From: Candidatus Hermodarchaeota archaeon
GTDB lineage: Archaea > Asgardarchaeota > Hermodarchaeia > Hermodarchaeales > Hermodarchaeaceae
Assembly: GCA_016839365.1 (NCBI GenBank)
Contig: JAEOUH010000074.1
Coordinates: forward strand, 1 to 58,303
Reading direction: 5' to 3'
DNA length: 58,303 bases
The position numbers and the translations under genes are program-made. Numbering within the stretch: the stretch's first letter is position 1; the number at the start of each line of letters is the position of its first letter. Shown here in pieces: positions 9,209 through 18,536 of this stretch. The notes beneath the pieces were generated by a model. That model searched no databases and was not told the origin of the DNA. It worked only from the letters and a program-made list of their open reading frames with translations.

Positions 9209-9634
9209 CTATCCCAACAGATTCAATTTCATCCAGATTAGCCATTGGCAACCAAAGAACGATATGAGGATAGTAACTAATCCAACTGCTAGCATCATTT
9301 GTGCATACCGTGGTCGGTAAATATTACGGGTGCTTTGGTACATTAGGTAGAAGCCTACGAATCCAAGGAAAAAGAGTGCGCCCCCGACGATTCCTTCTAT
9401 CAGCACCTGTCGATTTAGCCCAGGATACAAAGGAAGTATTCTGTCGCCAATCTCGATGAAAGGAGGTGTTTCATAGGAGAGAACAAACATTCCTCCACTT
9501 ACAACAAAATAGTAGACTACTAACACGATTGCGAATAGTATCCACTTTGAGGGTAGACGAATTTCACCAAACCTCGGTCTACGGAGTTTTAGTCGTGGTT
9601 TACGGACGAATTTTGGCCACCAAAGGTCTGACAT
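9209..9634 (-). CDS. Oligosaccharyltransferase subunit OSTC/DC2 (OST3/OST6 family) homologue
   Basis: Three TM helices; PRLKLRRP, YYFVVSGG, ETPP, NRQVLIEG, GFVGF and terminal MKL align along the whole length with eukaryotic OSTC as recalled. Confidence 0.8.
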   Translation of the reverse strand: MSDLWWPKFVRKPRLKLRRPRFGEIRLPSKWILFAIVLVVYYFVVSGGMFVLSYETPPFIEIGDRILPLYPGLNRQVLIEGIVGGALFFLGFVGFYLMYQSTRNIYRPRYAQMMLAVGLVTILISFFGCQWLIWMKLNLLG

Positions 9635-9742
9635 CTATTCACCAATGTGTGCAAGTAATTTTGAAATAGACCATACGAACGCTATATATTCTTTACTATC
9701 GTATCCTTTACGATAGGCAAGCGGTGAGAACGGGATTAGTGT

Positions 9743-10291
9743 ATGGATCAACTCAAACCAGTTTCGGGAATGCGGGCAACACTTCTATTCCTGCTTTATC
9801 CACTCATTGGTGAATTCCTATTCATTGATACCATTATCAAAGACAAATATACTCGCCGTCGTATTCGTGCAATATTCACTCTTCTTGGATTAGCGATAGT
9901 TGCGATTAGTTTTGCCGGGTCAGAGCTACTTATTCTAATCACGGTTAACTACGTTCCACCTCTCTTTTTGTCTGTTCCAATGCGATACACCATTACTGCT
10001 ACTGCAGCGATTCTTTTTCTGATTTTATTCATTGATGAGGGTCGTAGAGGCCGCATTTCTTTAAAAGAGCAAATCGATGTTCCCGAGGATCGTATCTCGC
10101 TTCTTGTAAATAATTCACGCGACGTTTTCATCACTCTAAATCGGATTCTGAACGCAGCACAACTTCAAAGGTATAGGAATCCAGAATGTGAAAACTCTCG
10201 TCTAGCCAGCTACGCCTTAACAGTACTCAGTGAATACCTGCAAACACGTATCTTCTCTGAACCCACTGATTCCAAGGTTCTTGAAGAATGA
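9743..10291 (+). CDS. Hypothetical membrane protein (about 3 TM + soluble C-terminal part)
   Basis: Clean ORF with hydrophobic segments, divergent from the OSTC homologue. Confidence 0.6.
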   Translation: MDQLKPVSGMRATLLFLLYPLIGEFLFIDTIIKDKYTRRRIRAIFTLLGLAIVAISFAGSELLILITVNYVPPLFLSVPMRYTITATAAILFLILFIDEGRRGRISLKEQIDVPEDRISLLVNNSRDVFITLNRILNAAQLQRYRNPECENSRLASYALTVLSEYLQTRIFSEPTDSKVLEE

Positions 10292-10303
10292 AGAAAAAGG
10301 AAA

Positions 10304-10409
10304 TGGTGGCTCAGACGGGATTTGAACCCGTGACCACCTGATTATCAGTCAGGTGCCCCACCAGTTTGCCCAGATACCCACAAGGAGGTAGCTTCTAGGC
10401 CACTGAGCC
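10304..10409 (-). tRNA. tRNA-Ile(GAU) with 29-nt D-loop intron (about 15/16; 10366-10394)
   Basis: Acceptor GGCTCAG/CTGAGCC-A-CCA, anticodon arm CCTGA-CT-GAT-AA-TCAGG, TTCAAAT T-loop; relaxed BHB with helix GCCT/GGGC. Confidence 0.93.
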
Positions 10410-10486
10410 ACGGAAATTATTCAGTGTTGGGCGTGGGAGTTGGTTGCTTATATGATTTTTGCCAGGGAATCAGCGCTGGGCGTTAT

Positions 10487-10561
10487 TGGTGGAGTGACCG
10501 GGACTTGAACCCGGAACCTCGTGCGTGCGAGGCACGCGATCTACCATTGATCTATCACCCC
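10487..10561 (-). tRNA. tRNA-Ala(CGC), intron-less, CCA encoded
   Basis: GGGGTGA/TCACTCC with G3:U70; CGTGC-CT-CGC-AC-GCACG anticodon arm. Confidence 0.97.
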
Positions 10562-10575
10562 ACTAAGTTGCGGGG

Positions 10576-12969
10576 TTATTTGGGCGGGGGTATTTTTGTG
10601 TTATCCTTTGTGTGGAACTTCAGGGTTTGTATGTTATGCATGTGTTTGAGATCTTCAGCATAAGGTTGGAGTATTTTGGGTGCTATTACTGTTGGAAGCG
10701 CTTCTCGAAGGCTTATCTTATTGTCTTTTTTATATTTCCAGATGTCGGCGTTGAATTTAGTAAGCGCTTCTGTTGGGTGGCTATCTGTGATCTCTCTGAA
10801 AGGTTCTGGGAATTGTTGTTTGTGAATAGAAGTCTTGGGGTCATAGAGTTCGCGGTAAATCTTTTCTGTAATGTAGGGGCAGATGGGAGCGAGGAGCTTC
10901 AGAATGGCGTTAAGGACGGTGTGAAGTGTATGCCAGGCTGCGGAACTGCCTGCTTTATCTTGTTCTGAATAAGCGCGGCCTTTGACGAGTTCAAGATAGT
11001 GGCTAGCGAAGAGGTCCCAAGTGAATGTACGTAACTCACGGGAGGGAATGATGAAATCTAGTTTTTTGTATCCTTCTATTGTTTTTTGGATAAGTTGGTT
11101 TAGTTCAGAGAGAATCCATTTGTCGGCTGGTTGGTAATTAATAGACTTCTCTTTAGGTTGGGGGAATCCAGAGATGAACCGAGAGATGTTCCAGAGTTTT
11201 GTAAGGAATCGGTGGGCACCAGTGAGACGCCCCTCATTGAATCGGTAGTCTGAGCCTAGGGAAGCTTCAAGTGCCCCCCAGAGGCGGAACGCATCAGCAC
11301 TATACTTCTCGATAATTGGGTTGGGGTCGATGGTGTTGCCACGGGATTTGCTCATGGCTTCGCCCTTCTCGTCAAGACCGTGGCCACTAATCCAGACGTG
11401 TTGGAATGCAGGGGCTTGGAAGAGTTGGTATGTACGCAGGATAGAGTAGTAGAGCCAGGTACGAACAATGTCTTTACCCTGTGGGCGGATGCTGGGTGGG
11501 AAGTGTGCCCGGAAGAATTCGTCATCTTTGGTATAGAAGATGGTGATGAGACCACTGATGGAAGAATCCATCCAAGTGTCTAATGTTCGTGTTTCTCCCT
11601 CAAACGGACCATTAGCTTCACATTTGGGGCATTTATCGATGGGTGGTGAATCCTTCCATGGTTGGTAATAAGGCCCAGGAGGTGGAACTATGGTTTCGTT
11701 ACATGCTTTGCAGTACCAAAGAGGAACTTCGGTCCCATAGTAACGGCGTCGACTGATTGGCCAGTCATGGCTGACGCTGTTGATCCAGTCCACTAGTATC
11801 TGTTTGTTCTTGGGAGGGTAGAAGGTCATTTTGTCAACAGCGACTCGGAGATCATCAATGTATTGGAGTTGTTTCAGATAATATTCGGGCATTGAAACAA
11901 ACTCGATGGGGTTCCGACTGCGCCAACACGTGGGTGTACGGTGTGTTGTACTTTCTTCATTCAGGAGAAGATTCTTGGCTTTCAAGTCTTTGCGGATGGC
12001 TTTCCGACCTTCGGTGACCGTGAGGCCCTTATACTGGCCAGTAACATCAGTGAGTTTGCCTTCTGGATTTAGGGCGTTAATCGGTTCTAATTGTAGTTCT
12101 CGGAAAAGGCGAACGTCCGTGTAATCGCCATAACTACAGACCATAACAACCCCTGTACCAAATTCGATACGGGCCTCATGGTGAGGGATGATGGGAACTC
12201 TTTTTTTGTACAATGGAGTAACTGCAGTTTTTCCATGAAGATGTTTGTATCGGTCATCGTCAGGATTCACTAGAACTGCAGCACAGGCTGAGAGAAGTTC
12301 GGGTCGGGTTGTAGCAATCGGTAATTCTTCTTCGGTGCCTTCGATGATGAACTTAAGAGTTGAAAGAGTTGTTTCGAGATCTTTGTATTCGACTTCCGCA
12401 TCCGCAATAGTGGTTCCGCATTCGGGGCACCAATTGTTAGGGCGGTCGTCGATGTAGATAAGGTCTTTATTATACAATTCGATGAAGGTGCGTTGAGTTA
12501 CTGCTCGATAATCCGAGCTATCAGTGCGATACATTTCATCAAGTTTGAAGGAATTGCAACTGAGGCCCAAGCGTTGGGCATGTGCCACAACGACTTCTTC
12601 ATTACGGTCTAAAAACTCGGCGCATAACTCAAGGAACTGTTGCCGTGGAATTTCATGCATACTCTTTTTGTAGGCTCTTTCCACTTGAACTTCGATTGGT
12701 AACCCATTCCGATCCAATCCCATAGGAAAAATGACATCAAATCCTTCCATGCGCTTGGTACGGGCAATCATGTCGATCTGTGCATAGTGAATGGAGCCAC
12801 CTACATGCCATGGTCCGCTTAGGTATGGTGGGGGTGTATCAACGGAGAAAACAGGCTTTTTTGTATCTTTATTGAAGGCATAGAGTTGGTCCTTGGTCCA
12901 TAATTTAAGGATTTCTTCCTCGATCTCCGGTTTCCAGCGCTTCTCTTTTAGCTGCATATCCTGCCCCAT
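10576..12969 (-). CDS. valS: Valine--tRNA ligase
   Basis: DTPPPY, HVGG (HIGH-like), ATTRPE, DWPISR, DTWMDSS, AMSKS. Confidence 0.96.
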   Translation of the reverse strand: MGQDMQLKEKRWKPEIEEEILKLWTKDQLYAFNKDTKKPVFSVDTPPPYLSGPWHVGGSIHYAQIDMIARTKRMEGFDVIFPMGLDRNGLPIEVQVERAYKKSMHEIPRQQFLELCAEFLDRNEEVVVAHAQRLGLSCNSFKLDEMYRTDSSDYRAVTQRTFIELYNKDLIYIDDRPNNWCPECGTTIADAEVEYKDLETTLSTLKFIIEGTEEELPIATTRPELLSACAAVLVNPDDDRYKHLHGKTAVTPLYKKRVPIIPHHEARIEFGTGVVMVCSYGDYTDVRLFRELQLEPINALNPEGKLTDVTGQYKGLTVTEGRKAIRKDLKAKNLLLNEESTTHRTPTCWRSRNPIEFVSMPEYYLKQLQYIDDLRVAVDKMTFYPPKNKQILVDWINSVSHDWPISRRRYYGTEVPLWYCKACNETIVPPPGPYYQPWKDSPPIDKCPKCEANGPFEGETRTLDTWMDSSISGLITIFYTKDDEFFRAHFPPSIRPQGKDIVRTWLYYSILRTYQLFQAPAFQHVWISGHGLDEKGEAMSKSRGNTIDPNPIIEKYSADAFRLWGALEASLGSDYRFNEGRLTGAHRFLTKLWNISRFISGFPQPKEKSINYQPADKWILSELNQLIQKTIEGYKKLDFIIPSRELRTFTWDLFASHYLELVKGRAYSEQDKAGSSAAWHTLHTVLNAILKLLAPICPYITEKIYRELYDPKTSIHKQQFPEPFREITDSHPTEALTKFNADIWKYKKDNKISLREALPTVIAPKILQPYAEDLKHMHNIQTLKFHTKDNTKIPPPK

Positions 12970-13095
12970 AGTTCACAACTTCTTCGCCACAAGTAGGCTT
13001 AGGTGACTAAAATTCGCCTTCATGATATCTTTTCATGTGACTAGGAAACCGCATTCTTTCGCTTGTTAAAAAGGCTTTCTCCAAATATTTTTGCC

Positions 13096-14355
13096 CTAAC
13101 CTTGATCTGCCCACCGAAGAATGGCTCCTATGCCACGAAACGAGCTGAGAAGCTGTTTGCCTTCTTCTGTTTCAGGAGAAATAATTTCTATCTCGGCTCC
13201 GGTCTCTTTCGCCACTTCTCCCAGCTCCTCAACAATGTCTTGGGCATACACAATCTGTAAAGATTGATTCTGACACTTTTGGCACTGCTGATAGTCAACC
13301 TTACCTTCGAACTCACGCAAAGCATCTGGAGTCAATGTCTTTTCTGTTGTATCCCCACAGGAATTACATTGCACTGTAATCCGGGAGTAATCAATCCCTT
13401 CTGAAACAAGAATAAGTTCAACGGCCCCTCGGTCCAAGGCCTCACGGACTTGTTTTTCGCCGTATGTGGCAAGACCAGTATCGCGGGCTAGTTCACTTAA
13501 AAATCGTTGCACAAGCCGTTTTTCTTCAATGAGCCGCTGGTTTCGAAGAATATCTTCCGATTTCTCGACTAGCGCCCGGATGCCTTCTTCGCCTGCATAG
13601 GCTGTGTCAAGGATACCCAACACCTTATCCTTTAAGGGTGATTTCAAATAACCCTTCTCTGCAAAAGTTTCCTTAGTAAACCCTGGTCCTCCTATAATGA
13701 TGCCCTGGAGATCTGGTATCTCCTCGAAATACTCTCGGGTTAGTTCAGCGGATTTTGTTAGAAACTCGTGGGCTGCTTGCTCAATTAATCGCTCAAATCG
13801 GCGTTGGCTCTGACCCCCTGCTCTATGTTTGCCCATTACTCCCGATTTCACTGTCTTAATGATGTTAAGATTCGTTCCTCTGAGTAATGCCCAGGAGGCC
13901 GCACTTCGGTCAATTGAGATAAGCCCATAACTTTCTTTGGGTGTAAGCATTTCACGGAGTGGATCTAGCCAGAACTCAGCCGCACATCGATAAATATAGA
14001 CATTTACAGGTTCCGGCGGTTCAATTAGATAGATCTCCATCTTCTCGCTCCCGGGCGCTCCATGTGGAATCGCTCCTGCAAACACAGCTAGACCATTAGG
14101 CGGAGGTTTTGGGATTATCTTTAGCCGTTGAATAACTGTCTGAATGGCATCCATTACATTCTTTCGCGTTGATTTGGACTTGATATTGGTAGCTGTACCA
14201 TATTCCGTGCGGAGTGTACCAAGCACGTCACTCATCTGTCGTTCAGAGGGGATGTAGAGGGTTATGAGTTCGGTGTGGAGTCCTTTTTTCCGAGCGAGCG
14301 TGTCCACTACCTTCTTGAGTTTGAACCGCTGAAAGGATTCACTAGTAGTGGACAT
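13096..14355 (-). CDS. prf1: Peptide chain release factor aRF1
   Basis: NIKS, YRC and GGQS motifs; zinc-ribbon insertion. Confidence 0.97.
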   Translation of the reverse strand: MSTTSESFQRFKLKKVVDTLARKKGLHTELITLYIPSERQMSDVLGTLRTEYGTATNIKSKSTRKNVMDAIQTVIQRLKIIPKPPPNGLAVFAGAIPHGAPGSEKMEIYLIEPPEPVNVYIYRCAAEFWLDPLREMLTPKESYGLISIDRSAASWALLRGTNLNIIKTVKSGVMGKHRAGGQSQRRFERLIEQAAHEFLTKSAELTREYFEEIPDLQGIIIGGPGFTKETFAEKGYLKSPLKDKVLGILDTAYAGEEGIRALVEKSEDILRNQRLIEEKRLVQRFLSELARDTGLATYGEKQVREALDRGAVELILVSEGIDYSRITVQCNSCGDTTEKTLTPDALREFEGKVDYQQCQKCQNQSLQIVYAQDIVEELGEVAKETGAEIEIISPETEEGKQLLSSFRGIGAILRWADQG

Positions 14356-14465
14356 GGATTACAACTCCCTATTCGCATAAAGCAAAAAGGCAAGTAAGCG
14401 CAATTAGGTGAGAGCAGCAACCATTAAAGGTTATCATAAACTTTTCGAACTACAAAGGTGTTAGT

Positions 14466-15155
14466 ATGAAGTTCGTCTTAAAAATCGGTGGATCCTTGCT
14501 CTTTGATAGCGAGCAAGAACTCGATTTAAATCAATTTAACCAAATGGCATCAATTGTTCGACAATTAAAACTCGAAGGGCACGAGCTTGTTATTGTTGTT
14601 GGGGGCGGTGTCTTGGCGAAGAAATTAGTTGAAAAGGGGAAGACTTTAGGTGCTAACCGAGATGCATTAGATCAACTGGGAATTGCAGCAACATGGGTTT
14701 GTGCTCAATTAATGATTACCGCATTGGAAGCCATAGCATATCCTACTCCCATTATGACTGAAGAGCAATTAATAGAATTACACGAAACGGACAAAATACT
14801 TGTTTTAGGAGGGCTTCATCCAGGCCAATCAACCAATGCTGTTGCTGCTCGAGCTGCTGAAATAATTGGTGCAAGGATACTACTCAACGTAACAGACGTT
14901 GAAGGAGTATATGAAAAGGATCCCAAACAGTCACCAGAAGCTAAGCTGATTTCTGAACTCACACTTGACAAATTACGCCATATCGTTTCTTCGCTTGCCA
15001 ACGAACCAGGAGCATACCCCTTGTTTGACAAACGGGCGTTAGAGATAATCGGACGCGCTGGAGTTGAAATCTGGTTTGTGAACGGCAAAGACCCACAAAA
15101 CATTATTCATGCAATCAATAATGGGAAAATTGGAACTCGGGTCACTATTTCGTAA
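14466..15155 (+). CDS. pyrH: Uridylate kinase (archaeal type)
   Basis: LKIGGS, VVGGG, GGLHPGQST, DVEGVYEKDP. Confidence 0.93.
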   Translation: MKFVLKIGGSLLFDSEQELDLNQFNQMASIVRQLKLEGHELVIVVGGGVLAKKLVEKGKTLGANRDALDQLGIAATWVCAQLMITALEAIAYPTPIMTEEQLIELHETDKILVLGGLHPGQSTNAVAARAAEIIGARILLNVTDVEGVYEKDPKQSPEAKLISELTLDKLRHIVSSLANEPGAYPLFDKRALEIIGRAGVEIWFVNGKDPQNIIHAINNGKIGTRVTIS

Positions 15156-15239
15156 TCGTTAATGTTCTAAGAAAAACCTGAGACAAGATTTTTCTTCTAA
15201 ATTAACCCCTGTATTGACAACTGGCACCCTTCATGAGCG

Positions 15240-15542
15240 GTGGGGTTGGCTACAGAAATGGGTCGATTAAAAGAGTTATTTGGGGATACTCCACAAGTAC
15301 GGTTACTCGAGGTGCTCATAGAGCAAAAAGACACTACAATGCACCTTTCCATGTTGGCACGTCGTGCAAATGTTTCAGTCTCATCTGTAGAAAGGTGTCT
15401 TCTACCCCTCATCAAAGCCGGAATCGTTTCCGATATTCGTTTCTTCCGTCGTCGGCGAATTCTACATCTAAATCCGAAGCATCCTGTCTCTCAATTGTTA
15501 GTGAATTTCGTTCAAGAAATAGAAAGTGACTGGGACTCTTGA
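15240..15542 (+). CDS. Small winged-helix (ArsR-like) protein
   Basis: LFGDTPQVRLLEVL...LSMLARRANVSVSSV...LIKAGIV. Confidence 0.7.
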   Translation: MGLATEMGRLKELFGDTPQVRLLEVLIEQKDTTMHLSMLARRANVSVSSVERCLLPLIKAGIVSDIRFFRRRRILHLNPKHPVSQLLVNFVQEIESDWDS

Positions 15543-15564
15543 ACGAAGATTCGATTTTCGATTG

Positions 15565-16701
15565 CTAACCTGCGAGCTGCTTAATTCGACCAAGAAGTCT
15601 TTTGGGATGAATAATCTCTGCCCAACGTAATTTCTTTCCAACTTCGATATGTACGAGGGTCTCTGATTTTCGAAATGGACGTTGAACATATCCTAGGGCA
15701 ATACCCCTTCGAATCAAGGGGGAAATTGAACCACTGGTAACTTCACCAACCTTGGAGGCCTTGGCGTGAATGGCATCTCCTGTTCGTGGAATTCCTTTCC
15801 CCAAAAGGATTAATCCAACTCGTAATCGTTGTGGTTTTTCGCGTTTCTCAATCACTAATGCATCTTTTCCAATGAAGTCTTCTTTCTTAAGACTGACTAC
15901 AAAGCCGATCCGGGCTTGAAAAGGAGTTGTTTCTTCATTGATGTCATTTCCATAAAGAACCATACCTGCTTCTAAACGAAGAGTATCCCGCGCTGCTAAT
16001 CCTACTGGGACTACCCCTTCGCCCTTTCCTTCCTTGAGGATTCTCTCCCAAAGTTGAACAGCTTTCACTTTTTCTTTTAGAGGTACATTCAGCGGAGCAA
16101 TTTCAAATCCATCTTCGCCAGTATAACCACTCCGAGTTGCAATGGCTTCGAAGTCATCAAGTTTCGTATGAATAGCGTGAAAACGCGGTACTGAAGATAA
16201 TTCCTTGGATGATAGTTTCTGAAGGATCTTAACAGCCAAAGGTCCTTGGAGAGCAAACATCGGTGTTTCATCGGAAATATCTGAAATAGATACATCGAAT
16301 TTAGTGCTGTGTTTTTTCATCCAGGCAAAGTCTTTCTTGCGGTTCGCACCATTCACCACCATATAATATTCCTCATCCGCTAGTCGGAACAAGAATAAAT
16401 CATCAACGATACCCCCTTTTTCTGTACAAAAGACACTGTAAGTTCCAGCTCCTTGGTCTAGACGGTGGATTCGAGTGGGTAATAAGAAATCAAGATATTG
16501 GGTTGCCTCAGGTCCAGTAATCATAGCCCTTCCCATGTGAGTAACATCGAACAACCCAGCAGCACTCCGTGTAGTAAGATGTTCAGGGACCGCTGCTTGA
16601 TACCATAACGGCATGTCAAAACCCGCAAACTCAGTCATTTTTCCTCCATGTTCAGCATGCCAATCGTGTAGGTGTGTTTTCAACAATTGGGACCCAATCA
16701 T
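15565..16701 (-). CDS. gcvT: Glycine cleavage system aminomethyltransferase T
   Basis: FAGFDMPLWY, GLFDVTHMG, RSGYTGEDGFE, GLAARDTLRLEAG. Confidence 0.96.
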   Translation of the reverse strand: MIGSQLLKTHLHDWHAEHGGKMTEFAGFDMPLWYQAAVPEHLTTRSAAGLFDVTHMGRAMITGPEATQYLDFLLPTRIHRLDQGAGTYSVFCTEKGGIVDDLFLFRLADEEYYMVVNGANRKKDFAWMKKHSTKFDVSISDISDETPMFALQGPLAVKILQKLSSKELSSVPRFHAIHTKLDDFEAIATRSGYTGEDGFEIAPLNVPLKEKVKAVQLWERILKEGKGEGVVPVGLAARDTLRLEAGMVLYGNDINEETTPFQARIGFVVSLKKEDFIGKDALVIEKREKPQRLRVGLILLGKGIPRTGDAIHAKASKVGEVTSGSISPLIRRGIALGYVQRPFRKSETLVHIEVGKKLRWAEIIHPKRLLGRIKQLAG

Positions 16702-16768
16702 ACGAATGACCTCAATGAAACGGTCGAGTTCTTATTTGGCAAACGGCATTAAGTTTTCGGTGATACTC

Positions 16769-17605
16769 ATGCCTTCTCTCAGCGCACATCTCGGTAATGT
16801 ATCCGTCGGGGACGGCCATCCGGTTGTAGCTATGGGGGTCATTAACCTCGACCCTTATTCATTCTATTCCTCCTCCTATTATTCCTCTTTACAAAAAGCG
16901 ATTTCAGCTGCAGAAAAAATGATAGAAGAGGGTGTCGAAATAATAGATATTGGGGGCGCCTCTACTGCCCCTGGGGCTTCACCAGTCTCCGTTGATGAAG
17001 AAGTTAGTCGTGTCCAAGCAGTCATAAAGCAAATTTCTCAGAATTGGGATATTCCCCTCTCTATTGACACCCAACGAGCCCAAGTTGCTAAGGTCGCCTT
17101 GGCAAATGGAGCAACCATAGTCAATGATGTTTCTGGGTTGAAATCCGATTCCACAATGGCGGCGGTAATTAAAGAAACCGGAGCAAGCTGCATCGTTATG
17201 GCTTCAAAATCGCAACCCGGCGATCAGCTCAAGATTTCTGCCATTGTTTCTGCCCTACAAGAAAGCCTCCATATTGCTTATACCGCCGGGATTTCAAGCA
17301 GTTCCATTATAGTTGATCCGGGTCTAGGTTTTGGAAAGCCAATAGGGTGCGATTTGGAGATCATCCGGAATCTACGGGCGCTTCGAACCCTCAACCGCCC
17401 TATCCTTCTTGGAGTGTCACGGAAACACTTCATCGGACAGTTGCTAGGCTATGAGAGCCCAAAGGACCGACTTTACGGCAGCCTTGGAGTTTCCACAGTC
17501 GCTATTCTTGAGGGTGCACATGCCCTTCGTACGCATGACGTTCGTGCGACCAAAGACTGTATACAGATGGTTGCGGCGCTTCAATCACCAAATGAGTGTG
17601 AGTAA
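16769..17605 (+). CDS. folP: Dihydropteroate synthase
   Basis: MGVIN, IDIGGAST, SIDT, VNDVSG, DPGLGFGK, SRK, RTHDV. Start set at ATG 16769 after GGTGA. Confidence 0.92.
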   Translation: MPSLSAHLGNVSVGDGHPVVAMGVINLDPYSFYSSSYYSSLQKAISAAEKMIEEGVEIIDIGGASTAPGASPVSVDEEVSRVQAVIKQISQNWDIPLSIDTQRAQVAKVALANGATIVNDVSGLKSDSTMAAVIKETGASCIVMASKSQPGDQLKISAIVSALQESLHIAYTAGISSSSIIVDPGLGFGKPIGCDLEIIRNLRALRTLNRPILLGVSRKHFIGQLLGYESPKDRLYGSLGVSTVAILEGAHALRTHDVRATKDCIQMVAALQSPNECE

Positions 17606-18386
17606 AATGGAGCTCTTTGGAATACAAACACCAATAATCAATCCCGGGGACAACCTGGTTGATTTATTCGGCAATTCCTTAGCTGATCAGGGAATATCAC
17701 TGGCATCACATGATATTTTGGTCATTGCTGAGACTGTAGTAGCAACTGCCCAAAACCGAATCCGTGAACTCAGCGCAGTTCACGTATCACCTCATGCACA
17801 GGAACTTTCTGAGCAGTACGAACTGGAAGCACCACTAGCTCAGCTAATCCTTGATGAGGCTGACGAGATCCTCGGGGGGATTCCTCATGTGCTCCTCACC
17901 ATTAAGCATAATACGCTCATGGCAAATGCAGGAATTGATCGGTCAAATGCTCCTACAGGACATGTGGTCTTGCTTCCCTTGAATCCAACAAAAACAGCTT
18001 GGCAAATAAAAACAGAATTGGAAGCGAAAACGGGACACAAACTAGGCGTTATTATTGCTGATAGCCGTACCCAACCACTCCGCCTGGGTACCGTTGGATT
18101 AGCGGTAGCCGTTGCAGGCATCGAACCAATCAAAGATTATCGGGGCCAAATGGATCTCTTTGGTCGCCCTCTCCGTATCACGCGTGCAGCAATTGCCGAT
18201 AATCTCGCTTCAGCGGCTCAACTTCTATTGGGGGAAGCCGGTGAAAGGGTTCCAATGGTTGTGATACGAGGTGCACCAGTAGAATTTACAGAGAGAGTTA
18301 TTAGACCAGACGAACTGACCATATCACAAGACGAATGTATGTACATGGCAATTTTCCGGCGATATAAAGCCAAAAATAGCATCTAA
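17592..18386 (+). CDS. cofE: CofE-family gamma-glutamyl ligase (F420-0 ligase or folate polyglutamylase)
   Basis: ANAGIDRSN, IIADS, DYRGQMDLFGRPLRIT, DNLASAA, GEAGERVP; overlaps the folP stop. Confidence 0.85.
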   Translation: MSVSKMELFGIQTPIINPGDNLVDLFGNSLADQGISLASHDILVIAETVVATAQNRIRELSAVHVSPHAQELSEQYELEAPLAQLILDEADEILGGIPHVLLTIKHNTLMANAGIDRSNAPTGHVVLLPLNPTKTAWQIKTELEAKTGHKLGVIIADSRTQPLRLGTVGLAVAVAGIEPIKDYRGQMDLFGRPLRITRAAIADNLASAAQLLLGEAGERVPMVVIRGAPVEFTERVIRPDELTISQDECMYMAIFRRYKAKNSI

Positions 18387-18400
18387 GTCCAAGGAAAGGC

Positions 18401-18487
18401 GGAGAACGGCTCAGCACTCAAGATCCTTGTCATTCCTATTATAGTATATTATAGGTCTAAAGGGTCAGGTCGTCACTGCCATTCTCC
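18401..18487 (-). ncRNA. C/D-box guide sRNA, predicted Cm34 guide for tRNA-Leu(CAA)
   Basis: 10-bp terminal stem GGAGAATGGC/GCCGTTCTCC, box C GTGACGA, D' TAGA, internal stem CCTAT/ATAGG, C' ATGACAA, box D CTGA; D-guide is complementary to ACUCAAGAUCCU. Confidence 0.8.
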
Positions 18488-18536
18488 TTTCTTCATCATA
18501 GGCTCTATACCTTTTATGCATTGGGAAAACGAAAAA

